64,000 nucleotides of DNA, from assembly GCA_905178155.1 (NCBI GenBank), contig CAJINV010000010.1:2617794-2681793 (forward strand), in the 5' to 3' direction. The notes below the pieces were generated by a model. The model made no database searches. It saw only the letters and a list, made by a program, of their open reading frames with translations, and was not told the origin of the DNA. Made by a program: the position numbers and the translations under genes. Numbering within the stretch: position 1 is the first letter of the stretch; each line of letters begins with the position of its first letter. Below, piece after piece: positions 62,801 through 64,000 of the stretch. This DNA is from Amoebophrya sp. A120 (taxonomy: Eukaryota > Protista > Dinoflagellata).

Positions 62801-63270
62801 AGAGGTGCTGGGCCGCGGACGTGGCAGTTACAATACCGGAAGGAGGAAGTAGAACAACCCAGGCCGGACAAAACACGATGAACATGTTCACCAGCAGCTA
62901 CATCTTCGGCGGAGGAGGTCCTCTGCAATTATGGCCTGCTGGCGAAGCAGCTGGACGGGAGCAAGAGGGGTCATTTACTTTATCTTTTTCCTCCGTTTTC
63001 GGTGGTGGCGAAAATGAAATGGGGACGTCAGTGCCAGCCATCAACCTCCTGACCGACACCGTCTCCACACTGCTGCCGTATTTTGCGCTGCAAGCCGCGT
63101 TTCAGGTCTACTACTTTTCCTTCATTTTCGTCAATTACAAACTGACCAACTCCTGGCCCTACGCGATTCTCGGATATGTGCACAGCCGGGGCGTAAAAGC
63201 GTGGGCGCTGTTTATCAGTTGCTGCTACGTGGCGGCGCTGATTCTCACCGCAGTCGTGGTGCTGGTTTGA
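59808..63270 (+). CDS. FAR-17a/AIG1/ADTRP-like multipass membrane protein (putative Thr-His hydrolase)
   Basis: After removing five introners the ORF is continuous: VVYLTKHG (YLT), ICQHVPGLLFGVSE (HxxP..E), YYFSFIFVNYKLTNSWPYAIL (WPY), with several TM helices. Confidence 0.7.
60533..60792. mobile_element. Introner, family E
   Basis: DR GCTGA/GCCGA; homologous to 8373. Confidence 0.88.
60837..61300. mobile_element. Introner, family A, carrying a nested insertion
   Basis: DR TATTT; 464 bp, which becomes 262 bp after removing the nested 202 bp. Confidence 0.88.
60929..61117 (+). mobile_element. Nested retro-like insertion with 13-bp direct repeat
   Basis: Flanked by ATGAGCAGCAAAG at 60916-60928 and 61118-61130; 5-prime repeats of GCGTCTAGGGCCCTTCCG; 3-prime (CGAA)n tail. 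Confidence 0.6.
61346..61657. mobile_element. Introner, family C
   Basis: DR TTCTC; frame restored. Confidence 0.9.
62006..62267. mobile_element. Introner, family A
   Basis: DR GTGGT; frame restored. Confidence 0.92.
62324..62696. mobile_element. Introner, family D, opposite orientation to 43766
   Basis: DR AGCGT/AGTGT; about 70 bp longer than 43766; frame restored (YRKASLKTG). Confidence 0.85.
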
Positions 63271-64000
63271 CGGAAGAACAGAGAAGGATGGTGGGTTATG
63301 AAAAGCAGAACTAGGGCTGTGCTGTAAGTTAGTATCGATCATCTTCTAGTTGACCGTAGTCTATCGTATTTTCATCGCACATTTTATACACATACCTACG
63401 TCTTTCACTCAGAATTTTGTACCAAAAAGCCTAAGTTCTCGAGGCCCGGTTTTTTGAAAGCAAATCCCGGGGCTTCGTTCATGAATTCTCTTCTCAAAAC
63501 GAGGATAGCGATAGACGCAAAAATTTTACTTAGTCACATCATGTTGCTAGTTACGTCATTTTTATCAACCTTTTGAAAAGAGAAACAGCATAAAAAAATC
63601 TCTCTAGAGGGCTACCGCAGATACGTACCGTGTCCGAGATGGATATAAAAGTAAAACAATGTGCTGTTTCATCAAGTCGCAGAAAAATAACACGTCGTTG
63701 TAGTTCTTGCAGAAGTGCTCGTAAAAAAGTAGGATGCTGAAATCGCACCGCAGGGCTTCTTCAAATAACTCGTTTTGAACAAAGCTGCTGAAGTTGCGTA
63801 CGGAGGAGTAAAAGTCAATGCGCTTAATGTCAACCGAATTTTCACGGTGTGAAGACAATCAACGACGAAGAAACGCGGGCGGTGTGAACACTGGCCATCT
63901 TGCATGTCAAGCAGAATCTAGGTGGGATTCAGTGTTTCTTAGTCGCAATCAATCTATGGTGACTATCGTCACAGCCTGTGGGGAAAAATTTAGCGTTCCA

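Noticed and set aside
1-64000. rRNA, tRNA or spliced-leader RNA genes
   Set aside because: None recognised by eye. A covariance-model scan would be needed to exclude them.

Overview
Eukaryotic protist genomic DNA. The organisation closely resembles what has been described for the parasitic dinoflagellate relative Amoebophrya (Syndiniales); that assignment is an inference from architecture, not from a search. The window has two parts. (1) Positions 1 to about 8 kb hold an island with no introners. It carries an intronless tyrosine recombinase (2368-3126, minus strand) and two orphan genes with ordinary AT-rich GT-AG introns, and has large hairpins at 1-150 and 7872-7944. (2) From about 8.3 kb to the end are co-oriented plus-strand genes: four tandem Cys-rich/PAN-like type I membrane proteins, an MGCGSS-type acylated protein, a TTC38-like TPR protein, a MUG/TDG uracil glycosylase and an AIG1/FAR-17a-like membrane hydrolase. 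This part contains about 45 short terminal-inverted-repeat (TIR) elements, mostly 170-460 bp, from several families, most of them interrupting these genes. Nearly all begin TAT and all end ATA, and they are flanked by 5-bp direct repeats (DR). Removing an element plus one DR copy restores the reading frame, and this works in either element orientation. All families share an internal GCAT(G/C/T)ACA motif. A tandemly triplicated exon at 36-40 kb shows filled and empty sites side by side. Coordinates were read by eye and exon models are inferred; no RNA evidence is available.
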